Counted from the stretch's first letter, positions 1 to 9,456 are shown. The stretch is 64,000 nucleotides of DNA from an uncultured Chitinophaga sp. (GCA_964549315.1 CAZJUY010000003.1:45729-109728), one strand, 5' to 3'. Notes: generated from the letters alone by a model not told the origin. Numbers and translations: made by a program.

Positions 1-132
1 CAAGAAGAACATATAAAAAATAAAAAATATACAATTGTAGTTTTAGGAAAAAAAGAAAACTTAGATATCAAAACACTTGAAAAATATGGCAAGGTAACTT
101 TCTTGACTCTTGAGGATGTTTTTGGGTATTAA
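1..132 (+). CDS. 3' end of an unidentified protein-coding gene (C-terminal 43 codons, ...VVLGKKENLDIKTLEKYGKVTFLTLEDVFGY*)
   Basis: Open frame from window edge to TAA at 130-132; no start in window; product not recognised. Confidence 0.45.
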   Translation, partial: QEEHIKNKKYTIVVLGKKENLDIKTLEKYGKVTFLTLEDVFGY

Positions 133-163
133 TGATTTTAAAGTATTTTAATTTTATTAAATT

Positions 164-200
164 GTTCTCGACTCATCCAGATAGCTATCGGGACGAACTA
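164..200. repeat. Short interspersed repeat X, copy 1 (gttctcgac..atagctatcgggacgaact); contains palindrome gatagctatc
   Basis: Near-identical copy at 910..947 and a truncated copy at 789..815, seen by direct reading. Confidence 0.7.
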
Positions 201-207
201 ACTGCCT

Positions 208-250
208 ATTATTATTCTAGAATAAAACAGTGTGTAAGGTCATACTGAGC
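208..250. repeat. Short interspersed repeat Y, copy 1 (attattattct..gtgtgt.agg..atactgagc)
   Basis: Second copy at 828..870 with ~80% identity. Confidence 0.65.
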
Positions 251-381
251 TAGTTTATCCTGAGTTTATCGAAGGAAAGTATATGCGATGGCTTCCCATA
301 CTCTTCGACACTTCGATAACCTCGGTACAGGCTAAACTCAGAGTGGCAACAAGCAGCTGGCAAGTAAAAATTTTATTAGTA

Positions 382-485
382 GTCATTGCGAGGTACGAAG
401 CAATCCATAACCAAACCTTTGTGTAGAGATTGCTTCAGTCGTACCTCCTTCGCAATGACGGAATACGTTCTCGACTCTGCTCAAA
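382..485. repeat. Hairpin repeat R1, copy a: left arm gtcattgcgaggtacgaagcaatc (382-405) is an imperfect inverted repeat of gattgcttcagtcgtacctccttcgcaatgac (428-459); 428..485 is the direct-repeat unit
   Basis: The 58-bp unit is repeated at 560..617 with 1 mismatch; a diverged copy lies at 1076..1113. Confidence 0.75.
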
Positions 486-559
486 CTAGCAGTAGACAAA
501 TTCCCCTCCTCGGAGGGGTTAGGGGTGGGTAAAGAAATCTATTGACTACACTAACTAGA

Positions 560-617
560 GATTTCTTCAGTCGTACCTCCTTCGCAATGACGGAATACGT
601 TCTCGACTCTGCTCAAA
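560..617. repeat. Hairpin repeat R1, copy b (direct repeat of 428..485)
   Basis: 53 of 54 core bases identical (cttcagtcgtacctccttcgcaatgacggaatacgttctcgactctgctcaaa). Confidence 0.8.
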
Positions 618-618
618 T

Positions 619-640
619 TGACAACACACAATTTATTATT
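619..640. repeat. 22-bp repeat R2 (tgacaacacacaatttattatt), copy 1
   Basis: Identical copy at 1035..1056; each follows an R1 or hairpin-rich unit. Confidence 0.7.
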
Positions 641-671
641 TTTGTATTATTACGAAGCAGCGGGAAGGAAT

Positions 672-732
672 GACGGCAAACGATGCCGAGTCGCTTTGCG
701 GGAAGCGATTTTGCCGTCTTGATTTTTTGTTT
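672..732 (+). terminator. Candidate rho-independent terminator or 3' end of a small RNA: nested GC-rich hairpin (gacggcaaa...tttgccgtc with inner tcgctt/aagcga) followed by a T-run
   Basis: Stem-loop plus tttttt seen in sequence; it lies between convergent genes, about 540 bp after the upstream CDS stop. Confidence 0.4.
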
Positions 733-909
733 CTTTTTTATCAAGAAAAAAGAAAACACAAAGAAATTTAATATAGAGCTGCAGCCCATTCTCGACCACT
801 CAAGAAGCTATCGAAAAAAATTGAAAAATTATTATTCTGCAATGAAGAAGTGTGTGAGGTAATACTGAGCCTGTCGAAGTATAAGCGTAGAATTTACTAT
901 ACTACGCGC

Positions 910-947
910 GTTCTCGACTACTCCCGATAGCAATCGGGACGAACTGA
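910..947. repeat. Repeat X, copy 2 (gttctcgactactcccgatagcaatcgggacgaactga); contains hairpin cccgat-agca-atcggg
   Basis: Matches 164..200. Confidence 0.7.
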
Positions 948-1034
948 GATTGTTCCGTCACCCTGAACTTGTTTCAGGGTCTCATGAGATGCTGAAACAA
1001 GTTCAGCATGACTTCGACATTTTGTTCCTTCGCC

Positions 1035-1056
1035 TGACAACACACAATTTATTATT
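1035..1056. repeat. Repeat R2, copy 2
   Basis: Identical to 619..640. Confidence 0.7.
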
Positions 1057-1075
1057 AATTATTAAACTTCCTTTA

Positions 1076-1113
1076 GATTGCTTCAATCGTTCCTCCTTCG
1101 CAATGATGGAACG
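1076..1113. repeat. Diverged R1-like hairpin (gattgcttcaatcgttcctccttcgcaatgatggaacg), just downstream of the hutU stop
   Basis: Shares gattgcttca..cctccttcgcaatga with R1; internal stem cgttcc/ggaacg. Confidence 0.55.
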
Positions 1114-1117
1114 TTTA

Positions 1118-3133
1118 TTAAAACAAGCCGTCTAAAAGAGTATCATCTACTATATTTGGCAGTGTTATTTTTAATTCAGGAGTACGTTCCATTTCACGTT
1201 TAATTGCAAACAATGCTTCTTCATTTCTAGCCCAGCTTCTGCGAGCTATTCCGTTGTTTACGTCCCAAAAAAGCATGGATTTTAATCGCCTATCACTTTC
1301 GGCTGTGCCATCTAACACCATTCCAAAACCTCCATTAATTACTTCTCCCCAACCTACTCCACCACCATTGTGCAAACTAATCCATGTTGCTCCTCTAAAT
1401 CCATCACCAACAAAATTTTGTACGGCCATATCAGCTGTAAAACTTGATCCATCATAAATATTTGATGTTTCACGATAAGGGGAATCCGTTCCTGAAACAT
1501 CATGATGATCACGACCCAATACAACAGGTGCTGAAATTTTTCCTGATTTAATTGCATTGTTAAAACGTTCTGCAATTTTTACTCGAGCTTCTGAATCAGC
1601 ATATAAAATACGTGCTTGAGAACCAACCACTAAATTATTTTTCATTGCATCCTTTATCCAAACTATATTATCACTCAATTGTTGTTTAATTTCATTTGGA
1701 GCAGTTTTATACATTTCTTCTAAAACTTCTAGTGCTAACTCATCCGTAGTTTGTAAATCTTTTGCATCGCAGGAAGTACAAACCCAACGGAAAGGACCAA
1801 ATCCATAATCAAAACACATTGGACCTAAAATATCTTGAACATATGAATTATATTTAAAAGTGCCATCTGTATTTAAAATATCGGCTCCTGCCCTACTTGC
1901 TTCCAACAAAAATGCATTACCATAATCAAAAAAATACATCCCTTTCGATGATAAAGTATTTATTGCATTTGCATGACGAACCAATGTTTTTTGAACTTCT
2001 TTTTTAAATTGTTCCGGATTATTTGCCATCATTTCATTTGCTTGTTCAAATGAAATGCCCGCTGGGTAATAACCACCCGCCCATGGATTGTGCAATGAGG
2101 TTTGGTCTGAACCTATGTCCACTTTTATTTTTTCTTCAACTAAACGCTCCCACAAATCCACTACATTGCCTTGATATGCTAATGAAATTGCTTCTTTCGA
2201 AGCTTGTGCATTTTTTATCCGTTCGATTAGTTTTGTTAAATCTTCATACACTTCATCTACCCAACCTTGCGAATGTCTTGTTTTTGTTGCTTTTGGATTA
2301 ATCTCTGCAACCACAGTAACCAAACCTGAAATTTTTCCAGCTTTGGGTTGAGCTCCACTCATCCCTCCTAATCCGCAGGTTACAAAAAGCATTCCCGACC
2401 CAACAGATTCTGAATCAAGTTTAGAATCACTACTACGCACCTTGCGCGCAGCATTCATAACAGTTATTGTTGTGCCATGTACAATTCCTTGCGGACCAAT
2501 ATACATGTATGAACCTGCTGTCATTTGTCCATATTGTGTAACTCCAAGCGCATTAAATTTTTCCCAATCATCTGGTTTACTATAATTAGGAATCATCATT
2601 CCATTCGTAATAACAACTCTTGGAGCATCTTTGTGTGAAGGAAATAATCCCATTGGATGACCAGAATACATCACCAAAGTTTGTTCATCTGTCATCTCTG
2701 CCAAATACTTCATAGTTAAAAGATACTGTGCCCAATTTTGAAACACAGATCCATTTCCACCATACGTAATTAATTCATGCGGATGTTGAGCAACAGCATA
2801 ATCCAAATTGTTTTGCAACATCAGCATAATAGCTGCTGCTTGTTTTGACTGATGAGGATATTCGTTAATGTGACGCGCGTGAATTTTATAATCAGGACGA
2901 AAACGATACATATAAATGCGTCCGTAATCTTTTAATTCTTGAGCAAACTCTTTTGATAAAACAGCATGATGCTTTTTATCGAAATAGCGCAAGGCATTAC
3001 GAATAGCTAATTTTTTTTCTTCTTTATTAAGAATATCTTTTCGCTTAGGAGCATGATTGATTGTAGAATCGTAAGGTTTAACTGGGGGTAATTCGCTGGG
3101 TATTCCTTGTAAAATTTGTTGTTTGAATGTCAT
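1118..3133 (-). CDS. hutU: Urocanate hydratase (urocanase), long Bacteroidetes-type form of 671 aa
   Basis: Full-length ORF; conserved urocanase blocks (GGMSGAQPKA, NAD-binding Gly-rich region, C-terminal ...GIARRSWARNE). Confidence 0.9.
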   Translation of the reverse strand: MTFKQQILQGIPSELPPVKPYDSTINHAPKRKDILNKEEKKLAIRNALRYFDKKHHAVLSKEFAQELKDYGRIYMYRFRPDYKIHARHINEYPHQSKQAAAIMLMLQNNLDYAVAQHPHELITYGGNGSVFQNWAQYLLTMKYLAEMTDEQTLVMYSGHPMGLFPSHKDAPRVVITNGMMIPNYSKPDDWEKFNALGVTQYGQMTAGSYMYIGPQGIVHGTTITVMNAARKVRSSDSKLDSESVGSGMLFVTCGLGGMSGAQPKAGKISGLVTVVAEINPKATKTRHSQGWVDEVYEDLTKLIERIKNAQASKEAISLAYQGNVVDLWERLVEEKIKVDIGSDQTSLHNPWAGGYYPAGISFEQANEMMANNPEQFKKEVQKTLVRHANAINTLSSKGMYFFDYGNAFLLEASRAGADILNTDGTFKYNSYVQDILGPMCFDYGFGPFRWVCTSCDAKDLQTTDELALEVLEEMYKTAPNEIKQQLSDNIVWIKDAMKNNLVVGSQARILYADSEARVKIAERFNNAIKSGKISAPVVLGRDHHDVSGTDSPYRETSNIYDGSSFTADMAVQNFVGDGFRGATWISLHNGGGVGWGEVINGGFGMVLDGTAESDRRLKSMLFWDVNNGIARRSWARNEEALFAIKREMERTPELKITLPNIVDDTLLDGLF

Positions 3134-3163
3134 ATTATTTTAATTAGCTAATTAACGCAACAA

Positions 3164-3343
3164 TTATTTCTTTTTTTCTATTCTTCCTTTTTCTTTATTA
3201 AAACCATACGGGCAATGTCTGCATCCATTTTGACAACAATACCCTCTTTTTAATAAATACTTTTCAGTAAATACTTTAAAACCTTCAGGTGTTAAATAAT
3301 AATCATCAGGTTCTAATTCATTTTTTGGTGGAATAGTATCCAT
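3164..3343 (-). CDS. Small Cys-rich protein of 59 aa (MDTIPPKNELEPDDYYLTPEGFKVFTEKYLLKRGYCCQNGCRHCPYGFNKEKGRIEKKK), not in the ORF track because it is under 60 aa
   Basis: ATG..TAA ORF directly downstream of hutU on the same strand; CC-x3-C-x2-C cluster suggests a metal-binding mini-protein. Confidence 0.5.
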   Translation of the reverse strand: MDTIPPKNELEPDDYYLTPEGFKVFTEKYLLKRGYCCQNGCRHCPYGFNKEKGRIEKKK

Positions 3344-3366
3344 AGCAACAAAAATACTAATTTTAC

Positions 3367-4259
3367 ATGATGCTTAACTTAAATTTTATTCCCCCATTAC
3401 AAGCAATTGAAGAACCTTTTTTAATCGAAAAAGGAATAAAACTCTATGTTTTAAGATTGGATTTAAATCACGCAGAAATAAGCGGAAATAAAATTTACAA
3501 ATTAAAATACAACCTTGATAAAGCAAAGCAAGAAAACAAAAACACCCTACTCACTTTTGGTGGTGCTTTTTCAAATCATATAGCCGCAACTGCTGCTGCT
3601 GGAAACGAAAACGGATTAAAAACAATTGGTATCATTAGAGGAGATAAATTACCCGATTTAAATCCAACCTTACAACTTGCCGAAAAAAACGGAATGCAAT
3701 TGGATTTTGTTTCGCGTGAACTGTACCGCAATAAAATAGCTTTGATGGATTATGTGAATAATAGATATAATAACGATTCTGTATATATTATTCCAGAAGG
3801 TGGTTCAAATGAATTAGGAGTAAAAGGATGCGCAGAAATTGTTGAACAAATAAACATTGATTTTGATTTTATTTGTACCCCTTGCGGAACAGGAGCAACC
3901 ATTTCCGGAATTATTCTTTCATTAAAACAAAACCAAAAAGCAATTGGATTTCAAGTATTAAAAGCTGAAAATTATATAAAAAACGAAGTTGCAAACTGGT
4001 TAAACACATTTGATAGAACACTAAAAATTGGAAAATAAATGAAGATTACCATTTTGGTGGCTATGCAAAAACAAGTGCCGAATTATTAAATTTTGTTTCT
4101 GACTTTAAACAAAAACACAACATACAATTGGATTATATTTACACAGGAAAAATGATGTTTGGTATATTTGATTTAATAAATAAAAATTATTTTGAAAAAG
4201 GAAAAACAATCGTTGTTATTCATACTGGAGGGTTGCAAGGGAATAGTAGTTTTGATTGA
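3367..4259 (+). pseudogene. 1-aminocyclopropane-1-carboxylate deaminase / D-cysteine desulfhydrase family (PLP-dependent) gene interrupted by a frameshift near 4017-4038
   Basis: N-terminal 223 codons (FGGAFSNHIAATAAAG, PLP fold type II) stop at 4038; the C-terminal part (...NEDYHFGGYAKTSAELL...HTGGLQGNSSFD*) continues in the -1 frame from 4017 to 4259; the shift falls in an A-run (aaaaattggaaaataaat). Confidence 0.7.
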
Positions 4260-4396
4260 ATATTTTAATTTTTTGGTAATACTGTATAATCTAATCTATC
4301 CTGACAAAAAATGTAAGTAAAACTTACAAAATTAAAAACAAGCTAATATCTTCTTCACAATAAAATCAAATTTCGGCTTAGCTCGTACAGGGGCAT

Positions 4397-5071
4397 CTAT
4401 TTCAATTTGTAATTCAAATTAAATAATTTCAAAACATCATTATTAAATCTGTTTTTAGATTCAATAGTTATAATAAAAAAGCCAGCTTCATTGTTTAAAA
4501 AAAGAACAAATAAATTTTTCCATTTCTGAGGAGTTTCATAAATCATAAATGGTTTTGAGTCAACATCTTGAAATGTTAATCTATCAATATCTCCATAAAA
4601 TCCTTTATAATTATTTCCATAAAAATAATCGACATTGTTTGATTTTCTTCCTAATGAAATTTTTAAATTTTTTCCCATAGAGTAGCCATGCTTAACTTTT
4701 ATAGGTCTATTACTCTTCTTGTCCATAATTTCACAATCATCAAAATCAATAGAAGTATTGTCCAAAATGGTATCAATGTGAACTTCATTAGCAATAATAG
4801 AATTAGAACCTTTGATATCCCAAATTACAATACTTGTATCAAATCTAATGGAATATAATGTGTAAGCATCATTATCATTCACTAGACTAATATTAAACCC
4901 CTCATTTTTGATAACATTTGCAATAGAATCATTAAAAAGAACCAGATACTTTTGTGGAAGTCTGAAATCTGTCTTACGATTATAATAATTATTTTCAATA
5001 ATTGGATAAAAAAACACAAGTGCTAATAACAAAAACATTAAACCAAGAATAATAACATATATATTTTTCAT
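4397..5071 (-). CDS. Hypothetical membrane-anchored protein of 224 aa (N-terminal TM helix, Asn/Ile-rich)
   Basis: ORF with hydrophobic N-terminus; no recognisable domain; very AT-rich. Confidence 0.5.
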   Translation of the reverse strand: MKNIYVIILGLMFLLLALVFFYPIIENNYYNRKTDFRLPQKYLVLFNDSIANVIKNEGFNISLVNDNDAYTLYSIRFDTSIVIWDIKGSNSIIANEVHIDTILDNTSIDFDDCEIMDKKSNRPIKVKHGYSMGKNLKISLGRKSNNVDYFYGNNYKGFYGDIDRLTFQDVDSKPFMIYETPQKWKNLFVLFLNNEAGFFIITIESKNRFNNDVLKLFNLNYKLK

Positions 5072-5227
5072 AATAATTAAATGTTTAAAGCTATCGTAAA
5101 TACCAACGTAAAATAATTAGAGTTATACAAAAAGACTTTAGACTGGTTCAAAACCAAATTTCAGGATTGTGAATCGTAATATTTCAAACCAATATTTCAC
5201 CAAATTTTCACTTTTTCGAAGAAAGCC

Positions 5228-8200
5228 CTACAACTCAAAATTCTTAACCAAATCAAATGGGTTAATTAAATTTAGGTTAAGTGTAAAACGTATTGTTTCG
5301 GGGTATTTAATTCCATTGGCTTGTTTATAGTTTTCAAAATCTTTTGAAAGTAATAAAGGAAAATAAATTTCAAATAAATTTTTTCTGAATGACAAACAAA
5401 TTCCTGCATCATATAAAATACTTTCTTTTAATAATCCATCCGTTCCGCTTGTTCCAATATCTGCATACAATCTAATAGGCAATTTCATATTACCTAAAGA
5501 TGATTTTAAATTTACAGCAGCTACAAATTCAGATGATTGCCCCAATGGTGAATAAAACTTAAATGCGCCATCCGTTTCTGTAAATTGGCTAGCAAGTATT
5601 CCATCTGTTTCTGTTCTTCCAAAATAAATATTGTCATACATATAATCTTGGTAGCCTCTCCAACCACTCAAACGGTAACGGTAAGGGCCTGCATCTGCTG
5701 CTTTGGTGCCCACAAATGTTCCCATAAAAAATCGCACATCAAAACTTTTATTTTTTTGTTTAAAGTTGTAAGTATAATTTGCGGTAAGAGATGTTTTAAA
5801 AACACGTTTGGTTTGTTGTAAATTAACACTAATACTATAAGGAGTAATGGTATGCTTTTTTGAAATATTTATCACCAAATCGTTGAAATTTAAATTAAGC
5901 GTATCATAAGCATACACAGGTGGCGTAAATTTATAATCTGCTTTGTAATAATCTTGTATAATAGAAATATTGCGGTAACGCAAACTCACAGTTGTAGGGT
6001 TGCGCAATTGTTTCTTTTTAAATTCTATAAATAATTCAGGTGCAATTTTGTTATAATTTAAATCAAATGGTTTGTTTGTATATGCGTAACGTGAAGCTGT
6101 TACACCTAATGAAACACGCTGAAAAATATTTCCATTAGGAAAAATATTATACATCATTTTTCCGTAACCCGCAATATCTTTTGTGCTGTGGCTATACATT
6201 GGCATCAATTGGTATTCAAACTTTTTTTGTGGCAATACACTACTATAAAAAGCCATTCCAAACATCCATTTATTGTATTCATTCCAGCCAGCAACAGGTG
6301 TAAAATATATTTGTGTTTTATCTGGATTATCCACACTTGCAAGAAACTGCAATTTTAATGGTTCTACTTTTTTAAATAAACCATGCGTTTTAATTCTATT
6401 GTTATTACGGTTTATTTCGGGTGAAACCTGCATGTAATCTATTTTAAAATAATCTACATCAGCCGGAGGAAAACTCAACACTTGTTTGCCTTCAAATCCT
6501 TCATACACTATTTGTCCTACTACCTTTTCATCTTTTACCGCTTGAATAATAACTGGTGCTTTTATCTCCCCAGTGTTTTTTACAGCAATATCCCAAGAAT
6601 TGTTTTTTAGCCTTTGAACAAGTGCTACTTTATAATCTAATTTTTTTGTGCTGTTTATTAAATCATCAAAAAACCAAGACAAATTTTTTCCTGTTTCTTG
6701 TTCCAAAATTTTTCTTAAATCGTTTGGTTCTGGATGCTTAAAATGCCATTCGTCAAAATATTTTTGCATGGCTTTATCCATTGCACTTTCGCCAACATAA
6801 GCCATTAAATAATCAAACACTACAGCTGTTTTTGAATAAACTACTCCGGCATAATTTAGTTCGGTATAATCATAGGCTTTATACTCTATTGGCTGATCAA
6901 TATTTTTTGCTGCATTAATAATATACGTGTAATAATATTGAACATGACGTGGGTAGTTATTTATGTCCAACATTTTTCCAAGAGCCGGCTTAAAATCACC
7001 AACTAATTTTCTATCAGGATATTTTGTTCTAACATAACGTAACTCATTAAAAGAATTTATTCCTTCATCCATCCATGGATGCACACGTTCATTTGAGCCC
7101 AACATACCATAAAACCAATTGTGCCCAACTTCATGTGCAATTACTACATCCAACTGAAAAGCATTTCCACTACTTCCTATCACAGTAATATTAGGGTATT
7201 CCATCCCCCCTCCTGCACTAATTGTTCCATCCACAGCTGTGCAATGATTGTATTGATAATCTCCATTCCACAAAGAATAATAATACACTGCATCATTCAC
7301 ATATTTAACAGCATCTTTCCATAAATTACCTTCGGCATTGGTAAACATTACCCAAGTAGTTACTTTTTTATTGGTATGTGGTGTTGTAACTTCTCCTTTT
7401 AAAACATGATAACGTTTATCACAAAACCAAGCAAAGTCATGCACATTTTTTTGTTTAAAACGAAGTGTTTTCGTTTCTTTTGAAGATTCAGGAAAGCTTA
7501 AATCTTTTGAATCATACGTTTTAATTGCTTCTGTTTCTTTTACTTTTTCATTTAACCAATTCAATTCTTCATCCCCATCCACCATATCACCTGTTGCGCC
7601 AAGCACATAATTTTTAGGAACAATAATTTGCACATCGTAACTTCCAAACTCCGAATAAAATTCTCCTTGATTTAAATATGGCATATAATTCCAACCATTT
7701 CTATCATAAACTGCAGGCTTTGGATACCATTGTGTTATTTGATAGGATTGACCGATATGTCCTAAACGAGAAAATTCTCCAGACGGAATTTTTACATGAA
7801 AGGGTGTGCTGATGTATATTTTGCCACCACTTTTTAAAGGTTCATTCAAATAAATTTTACAAACATCTATTGTATCTTTTACATATTCCCATTTTACAGG
7901 TTTGGTGTCCACTTTAAATTCCAGCATATCAATATATCCTCTATCTTCTTCTTTACTGTAATAAAATTTAGTAGAGCCATTATCCAAAAGTTGTTTCCCC
8001 AATTCGGTAGTGTTGTCTTTATAGGCATTTGGCCAAATGTGCATATAAATAAAAGTTAATTCTTGCGGAGAATTATTTTTATACTCAATAATTTCATCCC
8101 CCAACAATTCATGTTTCACATCATCTAACCTTACTTGTATGGTGTAATTTACTTCCTGTTGAAAATAAGGTTGCGAAGACTGAGCTTTTGTATTAACAGA

Positions 8201-8269
8201 AAATAAAACGAAAGCTAATGCAAGTTGTAGCATTAGCTTTTGAGCAATAACAGATTTTAACTGTATCAT
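5228..8269 (-). CDS. Secreted M1-family (gluzincin) metallopeptidase of 1013 aa with a long C-terminal extension
   Basis: Signal peptide; HEVGHNWFYG...(18 residues)...WMDEG, i.e. the HEXXH-X18-E zinc motif with the M1 'W.NEG' third ligand. Confidence 0.8.
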   Translation of the reverse strand: MIQLKSVIAQKLMLQLALAFVLFSVNTKAQSSQPYFQQEVNYTIQVRLDDVKHELLGDEIIEYKNNSPQELTFIYMHIWPNAYKDNTTELGKQLLDNGSTKFYYSKEEDRGYIDMLEFKVDTKPVKWEYVKDTIDVCKIYLNEPLKSGGKIYISTPFHVKIPSGEFSRLGHIGQSYQITQWYPKPAVYDRNGWNYMPYLNQGEFYSEFGSYDVQIIVPKNYVLGATGDMVDGDEELNWLNEKVKETEAIKTYDSKDLSFPESSKETKTLRFKQKNVHDFAWFCDKRYHVLKGEVTTPHTNKKVTTWVMFTNAEGNLWKDAVKYVNDAVYYYSLWNGDYQYNHCTAVDGTISAGGGMEYPNITVIGSSGNAFQLDVVIAHEVGHNWFYGMLGSNERVHPWMDEGINSFNELRYVRTKYPDRKLVGDFKPALGKMLDINNYPRHVQYYYTYIINAAKNIDQPIEYKAYDYTELNYAGVVYSKTAVVFDYLMAYVGESAMDKAMQKYFDEWHFKHPEPNDLRKILEQETGKNLSWFFDDLINSTKKLDYKVALVQRLKNNSWDIAVKNTGEIKAPVIIQAVKDEKVVGQIVYEGFEGKQVLSFPPADVDYFKIDYMQVSPEINRNNNRIKTHGLFKKVEPLKLQFLASVDNPDKTQIYFTPVAGWNEYNKWMFGMAFYSSVLPQKKFEYQLMPMYSHSTKDIAGYGKMMYNIFPNGNIFQRVSLGVTASRYAYTNKPFDLNYNKIAPELFIEFKKKQLRNPTTVSLRYRNISIIQDYYKADYKFTPPVYAYDTLNLNFNDLVINISKKHTITPYSISVNLQQTKRVFKTSLTANYTYNFKQKNKSFDVRFFMGTFVGTKAADAGPYRYRLSGWRGYQDYMYDNIYFGRTETDGILASQFTETDGAFKFYSPLGQSSEFVAAVNLKSSLGNMKLPIRLYADIGTSGTDGLLKESILYDAGICLSFRKNLFEIYFPLLLSKDFENYKQANGIKYPETIRFTLNLNLINPFDLVKNFEL

Positions 8270-8301
8270 TTTACAATAAGATTATTAACAATGGGGTGAA
8301 A

Positions 8302-9444
8302 TTATTTAAACACTTCTTCTAATTTTTTTTCTAAATCTTCTCCACGTAAATTTTTTGCAATAATATTTCCTTTTTTATCAATCAATACATTGTAAGGAAT
8401 ACCAGTAAAATTATATAATTGAACAACTGGTGTTTGCCAAAATTTAAAATCGCAAACATGGTTTGGCCATGATAGATTATCTTTTTGAATAGCAGCCATC
8501 CATTTATCTTTATCCTTATCTAAAGAAACACTATAAATATCGAATCCTTTAGATTTATATTTATTGTAGGCCTTAACAACATTTGGATTTTCTGCTCTGC
8601 ATGGCCCACACCAACTAGCCCAAAAATCTACCAAAACCACTTTCCCTTTTAATGATGACAAAGCCAATGGTTTATCATCAGGTGTATTCATAACAATTTC
8701 AGGTGCAGGTGAACCAGTTGCTAATTTTTTTTGTGTTTCAACACTCTCATGAAATTTTTGAATGTATTCTGATTTAGGATATTTCTTGAATAAGCCCTCA
8801 TCTAATTTTACATAAGTAGGAAAAAAATTATCTGCTGGTAATTGCTGAATAGCAGCCAAAGAAGCGAATGAAGTATTATTTTTTTCAATAAACTTCATCA
8901 AATAATTATTATGATTATCTAAAAGCTGGTTGTAAGGTTTTTCTAAATAATTACCAATAGAATCTACTTTATCCTGCGGCAAAGTAACACCTGGATTCAT
9001 ATTAATTACTGCTTGAAAATATTTTTGAATAGAATCGCGTTGGCGATAATTGTTAGCAGAAATTTTATTTAATTCCCAAAATAATTTTGAATCTACTGAA
9101 CCTTCTACAGTATATGTATTCCCTAAATCATTTGCATCGCCTGTAATTTTCACTTTTTCATTCGGACTAAGAATTAATGTTGCAAAGTTTTTTTCTGAAA
9201 TTTTTAAGCGATAAAAACCTGTTTCAGGAACATCTGCTGCTATTTTAAATTCACCTGCTTCATTCACAGTTACAGTATCTACTGGAGTTACACCAGTTGT
9301 AGAAAGTTTTTCTAATACTACCGTTTGATTATTTCCATTAGAAAATTTTCCATTCAATTCAAATCCTGCAGAAGCAGAATTACTGTTTGAACACGCTACA
9401 AATGCAACGATGATTGTAAAAATTGTGATTAATCTTAATTTCAT
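8302..9444 (-). CDS. TlpA/AhpC-family thiol-disulfide oxidoreductase lipoprotein with an N-terminal DUF4369-like domain
   Basis: Lipobox (VACSN); thioredoxin motif FWASWCGPCR near the C-terminus. Confidence 0.85.
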   Translation of the reverse strand: MKLRLITIFTIIVAFVACSNSNSASAGFELNGKFSNGNNQTVVLEKLSTTGVTPVDTVTVNEAGEFKIAADVPETGFYRLKISEKNFATLILSPNEKVKITGDANDLGNTYTVEGSVDSKLFWELNKISANNYRQRDSIQKYFQAVINMNPGVTLPQDKVDSIGNYLEKPYNQLLDNHNNYLMKFIEKNNTSFASLAAIQQLPADNFFPTYVKLDEGLFKKYPKSEYIQKFHESVETQKKLATGSPAPEIVMNTPDDKPLALSSLKGKVVLVDFWASWCGPCRAENPNVVKAYNKYKSKGFDIYSVSLDKDKDKWMAAIQKDNLSWPNHVCDFKFWQTPVVQLYNFTGIPYNVLIDKKGNIIAKNLRGEDLEKKLEEVFK

Positions 9445-9456
9445 TTCAATTTAATT

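Noticed and set aside
428-617. Possible CRISPR array, from the two near-identical 58-bp direct repeats separated by a unique spacer
   Set aside because: Only two regular copies; the repeat is itself a long hairpin embedded in other repeat families. No cas genes or leader were found. It fits REP/MITE-like repeats better.
640-735. Signal-recognition-particle (4.5S) RNA, suggested by gaagcagcgggaaggaa resembling the SRP domain IV GGAAGGAAGCAGCC block
   Set aside because: The order of the conserved elements does not match the SRP RNA consensus. The fold is a simple terminator-like hairpin.
950-1135. Track ORF of 61 aa on the + strand inside the repeat island
   Set aside because: It lies across the hairpin repeats (R2 and R1-like) and overlaps the hutU 3' end. 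No start context was seen. Likely spurious.
1254-2301. Three small ORFs (67-92 aa) inside or antisense to hutU
   Set aside because: They are fully embedded in a well-supported 671-aa conserved gene. Their Pro- or Leu-rich sequences are typical of antisense frames.
5585-7324. Small antisense ORFs within the M1 peptidase gene
   Set aside because: Embedded in a conserved CDS; low-complexity translations.
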